Below are positions 12,313-21,817 of a stretch of 64,000 nucleotides of DNA, one piece after another. The notes under the pieces were generated by a model, which saw nothing but the letters and a program-made list of their open reading frames with translations, was not told where the DNA came from and made no database searches. The stretch lies in the NCBI GenBank assembly GCA_050251945.1, contig JBFWLW010000005.1, forward strand, positions 128,001 to 192,000, written 5' to 3'. Numbering within the stretch: the first letter of the stretch is position 1; every line of letters starts with the position of its first letter. Position numbers and translations under genes: made by a program. The DNA is from Deferribacterales bacterium. GTDB lineage: Bacteria > Chrysiogenota > Deferribacteres > Deferribacterales > Geovibrionaceae.

Positions 12313-13469
12313 AATACGAAACTTACATAAAAGATACTGCATACGGCGGCTATGGTGTTGGAACCATGCCCGACGGCCGTGTTGTGTTCATACCTCATAC
12401 CGTTGAGGGCGACACTGTCAGCTACCGCGTAGCGGAAGACAAAAAGAATTTTACATACGGCGAGCTTGTGGAAGTGATTGCTGCATCGGATAAACGGGGC
12501 GAGAGCTACTGCCCGCATCTCGGCGTATGCGGCGGCTGCACGTTCGGGCATATAGCTTCGGCTCATCAGATAGATATAAAGAAAAACTTTGTATTGGGAC
12601 AGCTTAAAAGAGCAGGGATAGCGTATCCCGAACCGTCTGTTCTGTCTGCCGATTTAAAAGAATTCAGGAACCGTGCCACTTTCCGTATAAGAAACGGTCA
12701 GATAGGGTTTTTTAAGTTCAAATCAAACGATTTCCTGCCAGTGGACGATTGTCCGCTCATAAAAAAAAGCATAGTTGAAAAGGCGAAAAGTCTGGCATCA
12801 ACCATTAAAGGCAGTCACACTCTTTACATCACAGAGAATGAAGAGGGGATGGCGCTTGGCAGCACGGATGCTTCCGTTTCGGGGCTTTGCGGGTTTTCCG
12901 GACTGGAGACTGCAACAGGTGTCCATGGATTGAAGACCGTTCCCTTCGACACGGAATACGGTACTTTTCATGCCGGATTCGGCACTTTTTTACAGGGAAA
13001 CAGATATCTTTCCGGTCGTTTGCAGGATTTCGTTCATGAGAACTCCGGCGGCAAAAATGCACTGGAGCTGTACTGCGGCGCAGGTTTTCTTACGCTGGCA
13101 CTTGCGAAAAGATGCGAAAAGGTAACGGCTGCTGAGATATCCCGCGAATCAATAGCGCTTGCCAAACGTTCAGAGCTCAAAAACGTCAACTGGGTTGCAG
13201 TGTCTAGTGAAAGTCTCATGGGACGTCTCAGGGACGCATATGACATGATAGTGGTCGATCCGCCAAGAACGGGGCTTGATAAAAAGGTCACCGATTACAT
13301 TAAAACAAGCGGCGCTGAACGGGTCATATATATATCATGCAGTCCCGACACTTTGGCGCGCGATATCAAAAGACTTTCGGAAAAATATCGTGTTGCAAAG
13401 CTCACTGTTGCGGATATGTTTCCCGGTTCATACCATGTGGAGAGCGCGGTTCTGCTGGAGTTGATCTGA
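12303..13469 (+). CDS. RlmD/TrmA family RNA m5U methyltransferase with TRAM domain
   Basis: CPHLGVCGGC Fe-S motif, LYCGAG, VDPPRTG, YISC, DMFP..HVES. Confidence 0.9.
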   Translation: MDLKYETYIKDTAYGGYGVGTMPDGRVVFIPHTVEGDTVSYRVAEDKKNFTYGELVEVIAASDKRGESYCPHLGVCGGCTFGHIASAHQIDIKKNFVLGQLKRAGIAYPEPSVLSADLKEFRNRATFRIRNGQIGFFKFKSNDFLPVDDCPLIKKSIVEKAKSLASTIKGSHTLYITENEEGMALGSTDASVSGLCGFSGLETATGVHGLKTVPFDTEYGTFHAGFGTFLQGNRYLSGRLQDFVHENSGGKNALELYCGAGFLTLALAKRCEKVTAAEISRESIALAKRSELKNVNWVAVSSESLMGRLRDAYDMIVVDPPRTGLDKKVTDYIKTSGAERVIYISCSPDTLARDIKRLSEKYRVAKLTVADMFPGSYHVESAVLLELI

Positions 13470-13475
13470 TATCTT

Positions 13476-13985
13476 TCAGGTTTCCTGCAGCCCTTTGCCG
13501 GTCATTATGGCAGCGGTTATCTCTTTAAGGAATCCGGATACTAATTCCAGCTCATCGGAACTGTATGAACTGAGAGCGTCTTTAATGCTGTTAACCGCTT
13601 CTTTGTGAAGTTTTTCATGAATTTCAAAGACCTTTTGTCCGAGAGGCTTTAACCGGAAATAGATCTCTTTCCGGTTTGTCTCTGTCTGATAGGTTTCTAT
13701 CATATTTTTCTTCGCAAGTTTTGCAGTAATTTTTGAAATGCCGCCCTTTGTGATATTCAGATGCTTAGCGATGGCAGTGCTGTTGAACATTTCATTTCGT
13801 CCTATACAGTCGATGGTGTGGCATTCGGCAAGAGAAAGGCTTATGCCGCCCGGTTTTTCAGACCATTCTTTATCGAGGACGTCCATAATTACCTGTATCT
13901 TTAGTTCTTCCTGACTGCTGATATTGTGAATCAGTCCTTCGAGTCTGTTTATTAAATTCTGAAGTTTCTGTTCCCTGTCCTGCAT
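13476..13985 (-). CDS. MarR family transcriptional regulator
   Basis: ECHTIDCIG, IAKHLNITKGGISK, NRKEIYFRL winged helix. Confidence 0.88.
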   Translation of the reverse strand: MQDREQKLQNLINRLEGLIHNISSQEELKIQVIMDVLDKEWSEKPGGISLSLAECHTIDCIGRNEMFNSTAIAKHLNITKGGISKITAKLAKKNMIETYQTETNRKEIYFRLKPLGQKVFEIHEKLHKEAVNSIKDALSSYSSDELELVSGFLKEITAAIMTGKGLQET

Positions 13986-14093
13986 TTCTTCAATCCTTAT
14001 TTTTATATATTATTATCATATATGCTTATTTTATCATACAGCATTAACGGTCATAAAGGCAAATTAAATTGTTTCCATGTTTATAAAATATGG

Positions 14094-14150
14094 TTGACAA
14101 GGAAATAAAAAGCAATTATCTTAATTTTGTTTCCTAGGAAATAAATTTAA
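14094..14150 (+). promoter_or_regulatory. Cyclase promoter with 30-bp palindromic operator
   Basis: TTGACA 14094-99, 17 bp, TATCTT 14117-22; palindrome TTAATTTTGTTTCCT|AGGAAATAAATTTAA 14121-14150 (2 mismatched pairs). Confidence 0.7.
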
Positions 14151-14160
14151 GGAGAGAAAA

Positions 14161-14742
14161 ATGAAAATTGATTTAACAGTAAATGCTGACGAAGGTATCC
14201 GCAGGCTGATTTCAGATAAGACGGCAGGGGATACGATCCCTCCTTATGCGCTGTTCGGACACCTTGGGACTCATTTTGATGTCATGGATAAAACTTTTTC
14301 GCTGGATAACACTGAGAGAAGGGGTTTTTTGTTTGATGTTAGAAATGTAACAGACAAGGAGATAGGAGAGGGTGATATTGATATCGGAAAAATTGATGAG
14401 AATGATTTCGTGATTTTTTACAGCGGCTGTCTGAAAGAACATGGATACGGCACTTCTGAATATATAAAAACTGGTATTGAACTTTCAAACTCATTGATAA
14501 AATTACTGATTGATAAAAGAATCAGTATGATTGGAGTGGATTTTCCGGGAATCCGCAAACAGTCCGAACATGTTCAGGCAGATCAGTATTGTGCAGACAA
14601 CGATGTCTTTGTCATTGAAAATCTGGCTAATCTTGACGTGCTGTGTGAGTCCGCCCACGGGAAAGAATTTCTCGTGCATACGTATCCGCTTAATTTCAGC
14701 GGACTGACGGGGCTTCCGTGTAGAGTTGTTGCGGAGATATAA
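14161..14742 (+). CDS. Cyclase family (kynurenine formamidase-like) metal hydrolase
   Basis: HLGTHFD (HxGTHxD), IGVDFPG, VIENL, GLPCRVVA. Confidence 0.88.
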   Translation: MKIDLTVNADEGIRRLISDKTAGDTIPPYALFGHLGTHFDVMDKTFSLDNTERRGFLFDVRNVTDKEIGEGDIDIGKIDENDFVIFYSGCLKEHGYGTSEYIKTGIELSNSLIKLLIDKRISMIGVDFPGIRKQSEHVQADQYCADNDVFVIENLANLDVLCESAHGKEFLVHTYPLNFSGLTGLPCRVVAEI

Positions 14743-14764
14743 GCGGATGACATCAGAAATTTCT

Positions 14765-14802
14765 TGCTATCAATTCTGTAGCGTGCTATTAAAACAGTAG
14801 CA
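14765..14802 (+). promoter_or_regulatory. Tandem 19-bp imperfect palindromes overlapping a putative promoter
   Basis: TGCTATcaattctGTAGCG then TGCTATtaaaacaGTAGCA; TTGCTA 14764-69 and TGcTATTAA overlap them. Confidence 0.5.
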
Positions 14803-14831
14803 GTGCTGCGATTAAAACTGAGAGGTGTCTT

Positions 14832-15026
14832 ATGCCAGTATTAACAGTTCAGATCGGTAAAATGACAACCGATAAGAAGAAGGAATTCATTGAGAAGGTT
14901 ACCGCGACCGCATCGGAAGTCACAGGTATCCCTTCTGCATCTTTCACGGTGTTTGTTGACGAGTACGATTATGAAAGCATCGGCGTCGGCGGACAGACCA
15001 TCGCGGAAAAGCATGCCGCAAAATAA
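14832..15026 (+). CDS. 4-oxalocrotonate tautomerase family protein
   Basis: Pro-1 (MPVLTV), 64 aa, IGVGG C-terminus; GAGGTG SD. Confidence 0.9.
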   Translation: MPVLTVQIGKMTTDKKKEFIEKVTATASEVTGIPSASFTVFVDEYDYESIGVGGQTIAEKHAAK

Positions 15027-15042
15027 CTGATAATAAATAATA

Positions 15043-15069
15043 TGCCGCTCTCTCTATCGGAGGGCGGCA
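15043..15069. other. Intercistronic GC-rich hairpin
   Basis: TGCCGCTCT…GGAGGGCGGCA, no clear U tract. Confidence 0.45.
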
Positions 15070-15086
15070 CTGTTTAAGGAGTGCGT

Positions 15087-15455
15087 ATGTCTATTCCGTC
15101 ACCCGGAAAACCTGTCAGAGGCTCACATTCAGGAGCGCCCATCATGGCAATTTTTGATCTTTTGGGCAGAAGCTGGGCAATGGGTATAATCTGGAACCTG
15201 AACGGTCATACCCTGACATTCAGAGAGCTTCAGGAGAGGTGCGAATCTATTTCACCGTCAATACTTAACACCCGTCTGAAAGACCTGCGGAATGCCGACA
15301 TTGTTGAAAGAACTCTGGATGGTTATCAGCTTACGGAAAGGGGCAGGAGCCTGATTCAGCTTCTTTTGCCTTTCGGTGCGTGGTCGCTGAAATGGTCCGA
15401 GGAAGTTTTCGGCTTTACAGACCATTTTGCGTTTAAGAAGAAATCAGATAAGTAA
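15087..15455 (+). CDS. HxlR family winged-helix regulator
   Basis: LLGRSW, FRELQ, ISPSILNTRLKDL, YQLTERG; AAGGAG SD before ATG 15087. Confidence 0.88.
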   Translation: MSIPSPGKPVRGSHSGAPIMAIFDLLGRSWAMGIIWNLNGHTLTFRELQERCESISPSILNTRLKDLRNADIVERTLDGYQLTERGRSLIQLLLPFGAWSLKWSEEVFGFTDHFAFKKKSDK

Positions 15456-16358
15456 TTAATGCCTCAACGAAAGCAGGCTGTTCAGAACAATTCCGCCCAC
15501 TATAAGGAATATGCCCGCAGTTCCCGCTGCATCGGGTACCGCTTCGCCAAGCAGCAGCACGCCGCCCAGAAGAGAAAAGATAACTTCAAAAGCCTGTGTT
15601 GATTCCACCGCCGCAAGCCATCTTATGTTTGTTTTCACCATGTCCGTTGCCTTAAAGAAAAGCAGAGTGGCGATTATCCCGGAGAAAAGTGCCACGAGAA
15701 ACGCCTGAATACTCTGATTTGCCGATGGCGCTCCTTTTGCAAAAAGACCGTAAACGCTTAAACCCAGCCAGAAAGGAACACTGCAAAGGGTCATCCCGTA
15801 TACTCTTTCCGTCGTGGATATTCTGCCGGAGCATACCGACATCATTTTTCTGTTGCCCAGCGGATACGCAAATGAGGCAATCAGTATCGGCACCAGTGTA
15901 TAAAGTGCGGAAGCTGTGTCCAGCTCATGTGTTACGCGCGTCTGGAGTATAAAAACGCCTGTGAGAATGACGGCGGAAGCCGCAAGGTTGCGCATTGATA
16001 TCTTTGTGTTGAACAGCGGCGAAAGCAGTATGCCGGAAGTAATGGTTATTTGCCATGATGATGCCACAAGCCACGCTTCGCCGTGATCTCCCGCGAAGGT
16101 CAGCGGGGCGTAGAACAGACCGAACCCTGCCGTACTCCACAAAAGCCATTGTTTCGGCATGCTGACGATTGCAGAGTGGACGTTTCTGAATCCGTAACGT
16201 TTTCCAACTATAGCCGCGAGTATCGGCAATGTGAAAAGGTAGCGCAGGCTGGCGCTCCACACCCAGTTTCCGCCGGATAAATGCATGCTTTTGTTCAGAA
16301 CGAAAGTGAACGCGAAGAAAAACGCACCCGCTATGCCAAGAATAACAGCTTTTTTCAT
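15456..16358 (-). CDS. DMT-superfamily putative multidrug efflux transporter (YjlA-like)
   Basis: FFAFTFVLN, WSASLRY, AYPLGNRKMM, AAVESTQ; about 10 TMs. Confidence 0.8.
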   Translation of the reverse strand: MKKAVILGIAGAFFFAFTFVLNKSMHLSGGNWVWSASLRYLFTLPILAAIVGKRYGFRNVHSAIVSMPKQWLLWSTAGFGLFYAPLTFAGDHGEAWLVASSWQITITSGILLSPLFNTKISMRNLAASAVILTGVFILQTRVTHELDTASALYTLVPILIASFAYPLGNRKMMSVCSGRISTTERVYGMTLCSVPFWLGLSVYGLFAKGAPSANQSIQAFLVALFSGIIATLLFFKATDMVKTNIRWLAAVESTQAFEVIFSLLGGVLLLGEAVPDAAGTAGIFLIVGGIVLNSLLSLRH

Positions 16359-16466
16359 TGCAGTTGCTATATCACAAAATAACATACGAAATCAATTTGA
16401 ACGTTATGCGGTATTGACAGCGACAATTAAAAAGGTTACTGATTTATAGCAATTTAGAGGGGCTGG

Positions 16467-18269
16467 ATGGGAAAAAGAACAGGATTGTCTGCACTTATCG
16501 CGTTTACGCTTGTTTATCACCTTTTGTTTTTCAGGCACGCAATGCCTGTTCAGGAAGGCTGGTTTCAGCTTTTCGGCGGGAAGATACTCAACGGGCAGGT
16601 GCCTTATAAGGATTTTTATTCTTTTCTCCAGCCGGTTTATCTGTATGTTCATGCGTTTCTTATAAGTTTGTTCGGCGACGGCTTTATCGTCGGACGGATT
16701 TACGGCATCTTCGAGCGCATACTGCTGCTTTCGTCCGCGTACCTTTTGCTGACAAGATTTTTTGAACCGAAACACGTCCTTATTGCACTGGTTACGTCTC
16801 TGATGGTTTATTCCAGTACGACCACCGACCTTATCCTGTCATATTACCAGCTCTGCGTTGCGTTTGCTCTGCTATCCTGCTATTTCGCATCGTTTTATAT
16901 AGTTGATCTTTTCTCCCGTGCGTCGCTCAGACTGCTCTTTCTCGGCGGAATATTCGGCGGGCTGAGCTTTCTTACCAAACAGTCCACAGGACTTTTTGTT
17001 CCGTTCGCGATATTCATAGTGATAGTTCTGCAGGCGGTCAAAACAAGGAAACTCGCAGGAGTGACGGTTTACGTCCTTGGCGGCTTGCTTCCGATAGCCT
17101 TGTTTATGCTGTTTCTGCACAGACATGGTGCTGTGGCGGACTATTTCACGCAGGTTTTCGGCGGCACATCCAGCAAAGGTTCAATATCCGATATCTTGTT
17201 CAGCTTTTTTTCAAGGGCTTTTATACCGAAATACCTTATTCCCTTTTTCTTAATAACCGCTCTGATGGTGTCTCTGCGAACTGCTCTGGTAAAACTGCTG
17301 CCGATGCGGACTGAGTCTGACGGTAATTTGAGCAGGCTTGAGATGTTTGCCGTGTTTGCGGCGTTCTGTCTTGCTCCTGTTCTTCTGTATATCGGTATTG
17401 ATCTCTGGTCAGGGCTGTACAGCGCATGGCATATCAGAGACTGGTTCTATGAGGTTAAACTGCAGATAGTCTTTTATACTTTCTTTTTTATTATCTGTTA
17501 TTTCTTTTATTACGCAGGCAGGATGGTCTTTGTTTACGAATACGACCGGATTGTTGTTTTCAAGGCTCTTGTGAGTGCCGTGGGGCTTGCAGTCATGTAC
17601 GCGCACGGGCTTTCGTTCACCATTGAAGAACACTCTGTGATCCCGTCCATGGTGATAATGCTTGTTTTCCTGTTTTCAATGGATTATCCGTTTGTCAGAA
17701 TCAAGAATATCGTGCTTTACTCCCTTTGTTTCCTGATAATCCTGTTTTCGGCGGCACAGAAATTCCAGTGGGTTTATTCATGGTGGGGATGGGAGGAAGG
17801 TTCCGTTGCCGCTTCCAACGAAAGATGCAGTGTGCCGAAACTTGAAGGCTTTCTGCTTTCGCCGGAAGAAAACCGGATATATAAGAGTATTTACGATATA
17901 GTAACCGGAAATACCACCGAAAAAGACCCTATATATGTTTTTCCGCATATGGCTCTTTTATACGTTCTGACGGAAAGAGGCTACAGCACCCGCAACTTTT
18001 TGCATTATTTCGACGTTTGTCCTGATAAAGCGGCTGAAGATGATGCGGAAGTTCTTTCTGAAAACCCTCCCAAGGTCATAGTATACATGGATTTTCCTGA
18101 AGATGCATGGAAAATTCACGAGGTCTATTTCAGAGGCGGAAAGAGAAGCGGACAGAGAAAAATAGATGAAACGGTCAAAAAAATGACGGCACGTGATTAT
18201 ATTCTTGCTGATTCATTTTTGACCCCGGGTTACGGATATCCGCTGAACGTTTGGGTCAGAAAAAATTAG
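16467..18269 (+). CDS. Polytopic membrane protein, putative GT-C fold glycosyltransferase
   Basis: First loop EGW..GQVPYKDF..P, LTKQS motif, many TMs, soluble C-terminal domain. Confidence 0.6.
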   Translation: MGKRTGLSALIAFTLVYHLLFFRHAMPVQEGWFQLFGGKILNGQVPYKDFYSFLQPVYLYVHAFLISLFGDGFIVGRIYGIFERILLLSSAYLLLTRFFEPKHVLIALVTSLMVYSSTTTDLILSYYQLCVAFALLSCYFASFYIVDLFSRASLRLLFLGGIFGGLSFLTKQSTGLFVPFAIFIVIVLQAVKTRKLAGVTVYVLGGLLPIALFMLFLHRHGAVADYFTQVFGGTSSKGSISDILFSFFSRAFIPKYLIPFFLITALMVSLRTALVKLLPMRTESDGNLSRLEMFAVFAAFCLAPVLLYIGIDLWSGLYSAWHIRDWFYEVKLQIVFYTFFFIICYFFYYAGRMVFVYEYDRIVVFKALVSAVGLAVMYAHGLSFTIEEHSVIPSMVIMLVFLFSMDYPFVRIKNIVLYSLCFLIILFSAAQKFQWVYSWWGWEEGSVAASNERCSVPKLEGFLLSPEENRIYKSIYDIVTGNTTEKDPIYVFPHMALLYVLTERGYSTRNFLHYFDVCPDKAAEDDAEVLSENPPKVIVYMDFPEDAWKIHEVYFRGGKRSGQRKIDETVKKMTARDYILADSFLTPGYGYPLNVWVRKN

Positions 18270-18379
18270 TTTATGTAGTGTGTGGAAACATTGTGTGCAG
18301 TTTCCCTGAAACTTGTTCAATTATATTGAAATCACATATCTATAATTATCAATAGTTTACCATCTGTTTTATATAGCGC

Positions 18380-18408
18380 TTGACTGTCAAATTAAGTTTC
18401 TTTACAAT
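18380..18408 (+). promoter_or_regulatory. Sigma70 promoter of liv operon
   Basis: TTGACT 18380-85, 17 bp, TACAAT 18403-08. Confidence 0.65.
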
Positions 18409-18447
18409 TCCCTTTTACGCTTGAAAAGATACCAATAGGAGGAAAAA

Positions 18448-19617
18448 ATGAAGAAACTGCTTCTTTTTGCCCTTGCGGCAATGTTCGTTTTTGCAGGATG
18501 CAGCCAGAAACCGAAAGAAGAGGCCAAACCTGCAGGGGAAGCTCCCGCTGCTGAGGCACCCGCAGCAACAGGCGATGTTATCAAAATAGGTGTTGCAGGC
18601 GCACATTCGGGCGACCTTGCTTCCTATGGTCTTCCCTCTGTTAAAGCTGCTGAATTTGTTGTTAAGGATATCAACGACAAAGGCGGTCTGCTTGGTAAAA
18701 AAGTTGAGCTTGTTGTTGTTGACGACGTTTGCAAACCCGAAGTGGCAGTAAGCTCCGCTAACAAACTTGTTTCCGAACACGTTGTTGCCGTTCTCGGTCA
18801 CATCTGTTCAGGTGCTACAAAAGCGGCTATGGGAACATACCTTGCGGCTAAAATCCCCGTTATGTCTCCCTCTGCAACCAGCCCCGAACTTACAAAATCA
18901 GGCGAATATCCCAACTTCTTCAGAACTATCGCCCCTGACGATTCTCAGGCAAGACTTGAGATCGACTACATCACAAACGTTCTGAAACTTAAGAAAATAG
19001 CTATCATCCATGATAAAGGCGACTATGGTAAAGGTCTTGCTGAATTTGCAAAAGGCTTTGCAGAAGCAGACAAAAAACTTGATATCGTTCTTTACGAAGG
19101 TATCACTCCCGGCGCGGTTGACTATTCTGCAATCGTTCAGAAGATCAAACAGTCCGGCGCAGAAGCTGTTCTTTACGGCGGTTACCACCCCGAAGCGGCT
19201 AAGATAGTCACTCTGCTCGCTAAGAAAAAACTCAATGTTAAGTTCGTTTCCGACGACGGCGTTAAAGACGACACTTTCATCAAAGTTGCGGGTCAGTATG
19301 CTGAAGGCGTTTATGCGACAGGTCCCAAAGACGTGTCTAAAAACCCTCTTGCAATCGAAGCCAACAAAAAACATAAAGACGCTTATGGTGAAGACCCCGG
19401 TGCGTTCTATCTGAACGCTTACACTGCTATGCTTGCTATCACTAACGCTATCGAGAAAGCAGGTTCAACCGACTATGACAAACTCACCAACGCTCTTAGA
19501 ACTGAAGATGTTGAAACACCCATCGGCAAAATCAAGTTTGACGAGAAAGGCGATGCTATCGGTGCCGAGTTCTCTGTTTATCAGGTACAGAACGGCGCAT
19601 ACGTCGAAGTTAAGTAA
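18448..19617 (+). CDS. livK: Branched-chain amino acid ABC transporter substrate-binding lipoprotein
   Basis: Lipobox FAG/C, VLGHICSGAT, IIHDKGDYGKGLA. Confidence 0.9.
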   Translation: MKKLLLFALAAMFVFAGCSQKPKEEAKPAGEAPAAEAPAATGDVIKIGVAGAHSGDLASYGLPSVKAAEFVVKDINDKGGLLGKKVELVVVDDVCKPEVAVSSANKLVSEHVVAVLGHICSGATKAAMGTYLAAKIPVMSPSATSPELTKSGEYPNFFRTIAPDDSQARLEIDYITNVLKLKKIAIIHDKGDYGKGLAEFAKGFAEADKKLDIVLYEGITPGAVDYSAIVQKIKQSGAEAVLYGGYHPEAAKIVTLLAKKKLNVKFVSDDGVKDDTFIKVAGQYAEGVYATGPKDVSKNPLAIEANKKHKDAYGEDPGAFYLNAYTAMLAITNAIEKAGSTDYDKLTNALRTEDVETPIGKIKFDEKGDAIGAEFSVYQVQNGAYVEVK

Positions 19618-19635
19618 CAATTCAAAAGAAGAACT

Positions 19636-19664
19636 GCGGGGGACGATGCGTTCCCCGCTTTTTT
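19636..19664 (+). terminator. Intercistronic terminator/stabiliser after livK
   Basis: GCGGGGGACG-atg-CGTTCCCCGC followed by TTTTTT. Confidence 0.75.
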
Positions 19665-19699
19665 ATTCTCCGGCTTGATTAAACCATAAAGAGGTTATC

Positions 19700-20602
19700 A
19701 TGGATTATTTCCTTGAACTGTTCCTCGGCGGACTGACGAGGGGCAGCATATACGCTCTTATCGCACTCGGATACACCATGGTGTACGGAATTGTTCAGCT
19801 TATCAACTTTGCCCATGGCGAAATATATATGATAGGCGCATTCACTGCACTTATAGTAGCCAGTGTTCTGACCATTTTCGGTCTGAATGCCGCCGCGATA
19901 TTAGTAATAGCCACAGCGGCAGCGATAGTTTATTCCTCCGCATACGGATATACAGTTGAAAAAATTGCTTATAAACCGCTGAGAAACGCTCAGAGACTTT
20001 CGCCCCTTATCAGTGCGATCGGAATGTCTATATTTCTTCAGAACTATGTGCTTCTTGCACAGACATCCGATTTCCTTCCATTTCCGAGATTAATACCTGA
20101 GTTCGCTTTCATGGAACCTGTTTCACATATTTTCAGTTCTGCCGAGCTGGTCATTGTGGTGACCACAATGGTCGTTATGGTGCTTCTGACAGTGTTCATC
20201 AAATTCACCAATATCGGCAAGGCGATGCGCGCCACCGCACAGGATAAGACAATGGCTTTGCTCATCGGCATTGACGTTGACAGAGTTATTTCAGTTACTT
20301 TCATAATCGGATCTTCCCTTGCGGCGCTTGGCGGTGTTCTCATCGCAAACCACATCGGTCAGATAAACTTTTACATCGGCTTCATTGCAGGTATCAAAGC
20401 GTTTACGGCGGCGGTTCTCGGCGGCATAGGCTCCATCCCCGGCGCAGTTCTTGGCGCACTTATACTCGGCTGGACAGAGAGTTTTGCAACAGGATACGTT
20501 TCCAGCGACTATGAAGACGTGTTTGCGTTCGCTCTTCTTGTGCTTATACTTATCTTTCGCCCTGCCGGACTTCTCGGCAAGGCCGAAACCAAAAAGGTGT
20601 AG
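19700..20602 (+). CDS. livH: BCAA ABC permease
   Basis: YALIALGYTMVYG..INFAHGE, AAVLGGIGSIPG. Confidence 0.95.
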   Translation: MDYFLELFLGGLTRGSIYALIALGYTMVYGIVQLINFAHGEIYMIGAFTALIVASVLTIFGLNAAAILVIATAAAIVYSSAYGYTVEKIAYKPLRNAQRLSPLISAIGMSIFLQNYVLLAQTSDFLPFPRLIPEFAFMEPVSHIFSSAELVIVVTTMVVMVLLTVFIKFTNIGKAMRATAQDKTMALLIGIDVDRVISVTFIIGSSLAALGGVLIANHIGQINFYIGFIAGIKAFTAAVLGGIGSIPGAVLGALILGWTESFATGYVSSDYEDVFAFALLVLILIFRPAGLLGKAETKKV

Positions 20603-20604
20603 GT

Positions 20605-21816
20605 ATGGTAGCAAAGGAGATAATTAAATCCTTAAAAGCTGCCATATGGTTTATGTTTCTGACATTTCCCATAATGGTGATAAAGGTTAACACGGTCTAT
20701 AAGACTATAGAATGGCGCTGGATGAACATGGTGTACATAGGCGCGGGCGTATTTGCCGGCTCGTTTGTGTGGCGCTGGCTCCTTGAGCGCAAAGAAAAAA
20801 CCTCTGAAAAAAAAGAGAACATTTCAACCCGTGCTCAGGCTTATCTTGCAGATAATCCCATGGCAAAAAGAGGTCTGCAGGGCGCTTTGCTTGTTGCTCT
20901 TCTGTTTTTTCCAATGTTCATGGACGCTTATCAGATAAACATATTCACGGTTGCTCTCATGTATGTCGTACTTGGTCTCGGACTTAATATAGTTGTGGGA
21001 CTGGCGGGACTTCTCGACCTCGGATACGTCGCTTTCTATGCTGTGGGTGCTTATACGTACGCGCTTCTTAATACGACCTTCGGGTTGTCGTTCTGGGTGG
21101 TGCTTCCCATCGGCGGAGCGCTTGCGGCGATATTCGGTATTCTGCTCGGCTTTCCGGTGCTTCGTCTGCGCGGCGACTACCTCGCGATCGTAACACTTGG
21201 CTTCGGAGAGATAATCAGACTTGTTCTTGAAAACTGGAACGATTTTTCACATGGACCCAGCGGCATCGCAGGTATAGACAAACCGAACTTTTTCGGTCTC
21301 GAACTGAACCTGAACCAGATGACGGACGGCGTATATTACATGATGGTGGTATTCACCATTATCACCATATTCTTCGTGGGCAGACTGCAGAACTCCCGTA
21401 TCGGTCGTGCATGGCTGGCTCTCCGCGAAGACGAGATAGCTTGTCAGGCTATGGGCATCGGGCGCACAAGAACGAAGCTTATGGCATTTGCACTGGGTGC
21501 AACGTGGGCAGGTCTTATGGGCGTTGTTTTCGCAGCGAAGACCTCGTTCATCAACCCTGCGTCGTTCACATTCCTTGAGTCTGCTATCATCCTTTCGATA
21601 GTGGTTCTGGGCGGAATGGGATCAATTCCGGGTGTTATCCTCGGCGCGCTTATCATGATACTGCTGCCCGAGTATATGCGTACCTTCTCCGAATACCGTA
21701 TGATCGTGTTCGGCGGTGCGATGGTATTTATGATGGTTTTCCGTCCGCAGGGGATAGTGAGCAATTTCCGGAGGAAATACTCTTTCCACGGCGTTGACGA
21801 AAGGCTGGGCGGCTGA
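20605..21816 (+). CDS. livM: BCAA ABC permease
   Basis: GLLDLGYVAFY, LRLRGDYLAIVTLGFGEI. Confidence 0.95.
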   Translation: MVAKEIIKSLKAAIWFMFLTFPIMVIKVNTVYKTIEWRWMNMVYIGAGVFAGSFVWRWLLERKEKTSEKKENISTRAQAYLADNPMAKRGLQGALLVALLFFPMFMDAYQINIFTVALMYVVLGLGLNIVVGLAGLLDLGYVAFYAVGAYTYALLNTTFGLSFWVVLPIGGALAAIFGILLGFPVLRLRGDYLAIVTLGFGEIIRLVLENWNDFSHGPSGIAGIDKPNFFGLELNLNQMTDGVYYMMVVFTIITIFFVGRLQNSRIGRAWLALREDEIACQAMGIGRTRTKLMAFALGATWAGLMGVVFAAKTSFINPASFTFLESAIILSIVVLGGMGSIPGVILGALIMILLPEYMRTFSEYRMIVFGGAMVFMMVFRPQGIVSNFRRKYSFHGVDERLGG

Positions 21817-21817
21817 T

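Noticed and set aside
17270..17280. GTCTCTGCGAA inside the GT-C gene as a coding REP insertion
   Set aside because: Only the 5' end matches; no internal hairpin or GCAGTCT end at the right distance.
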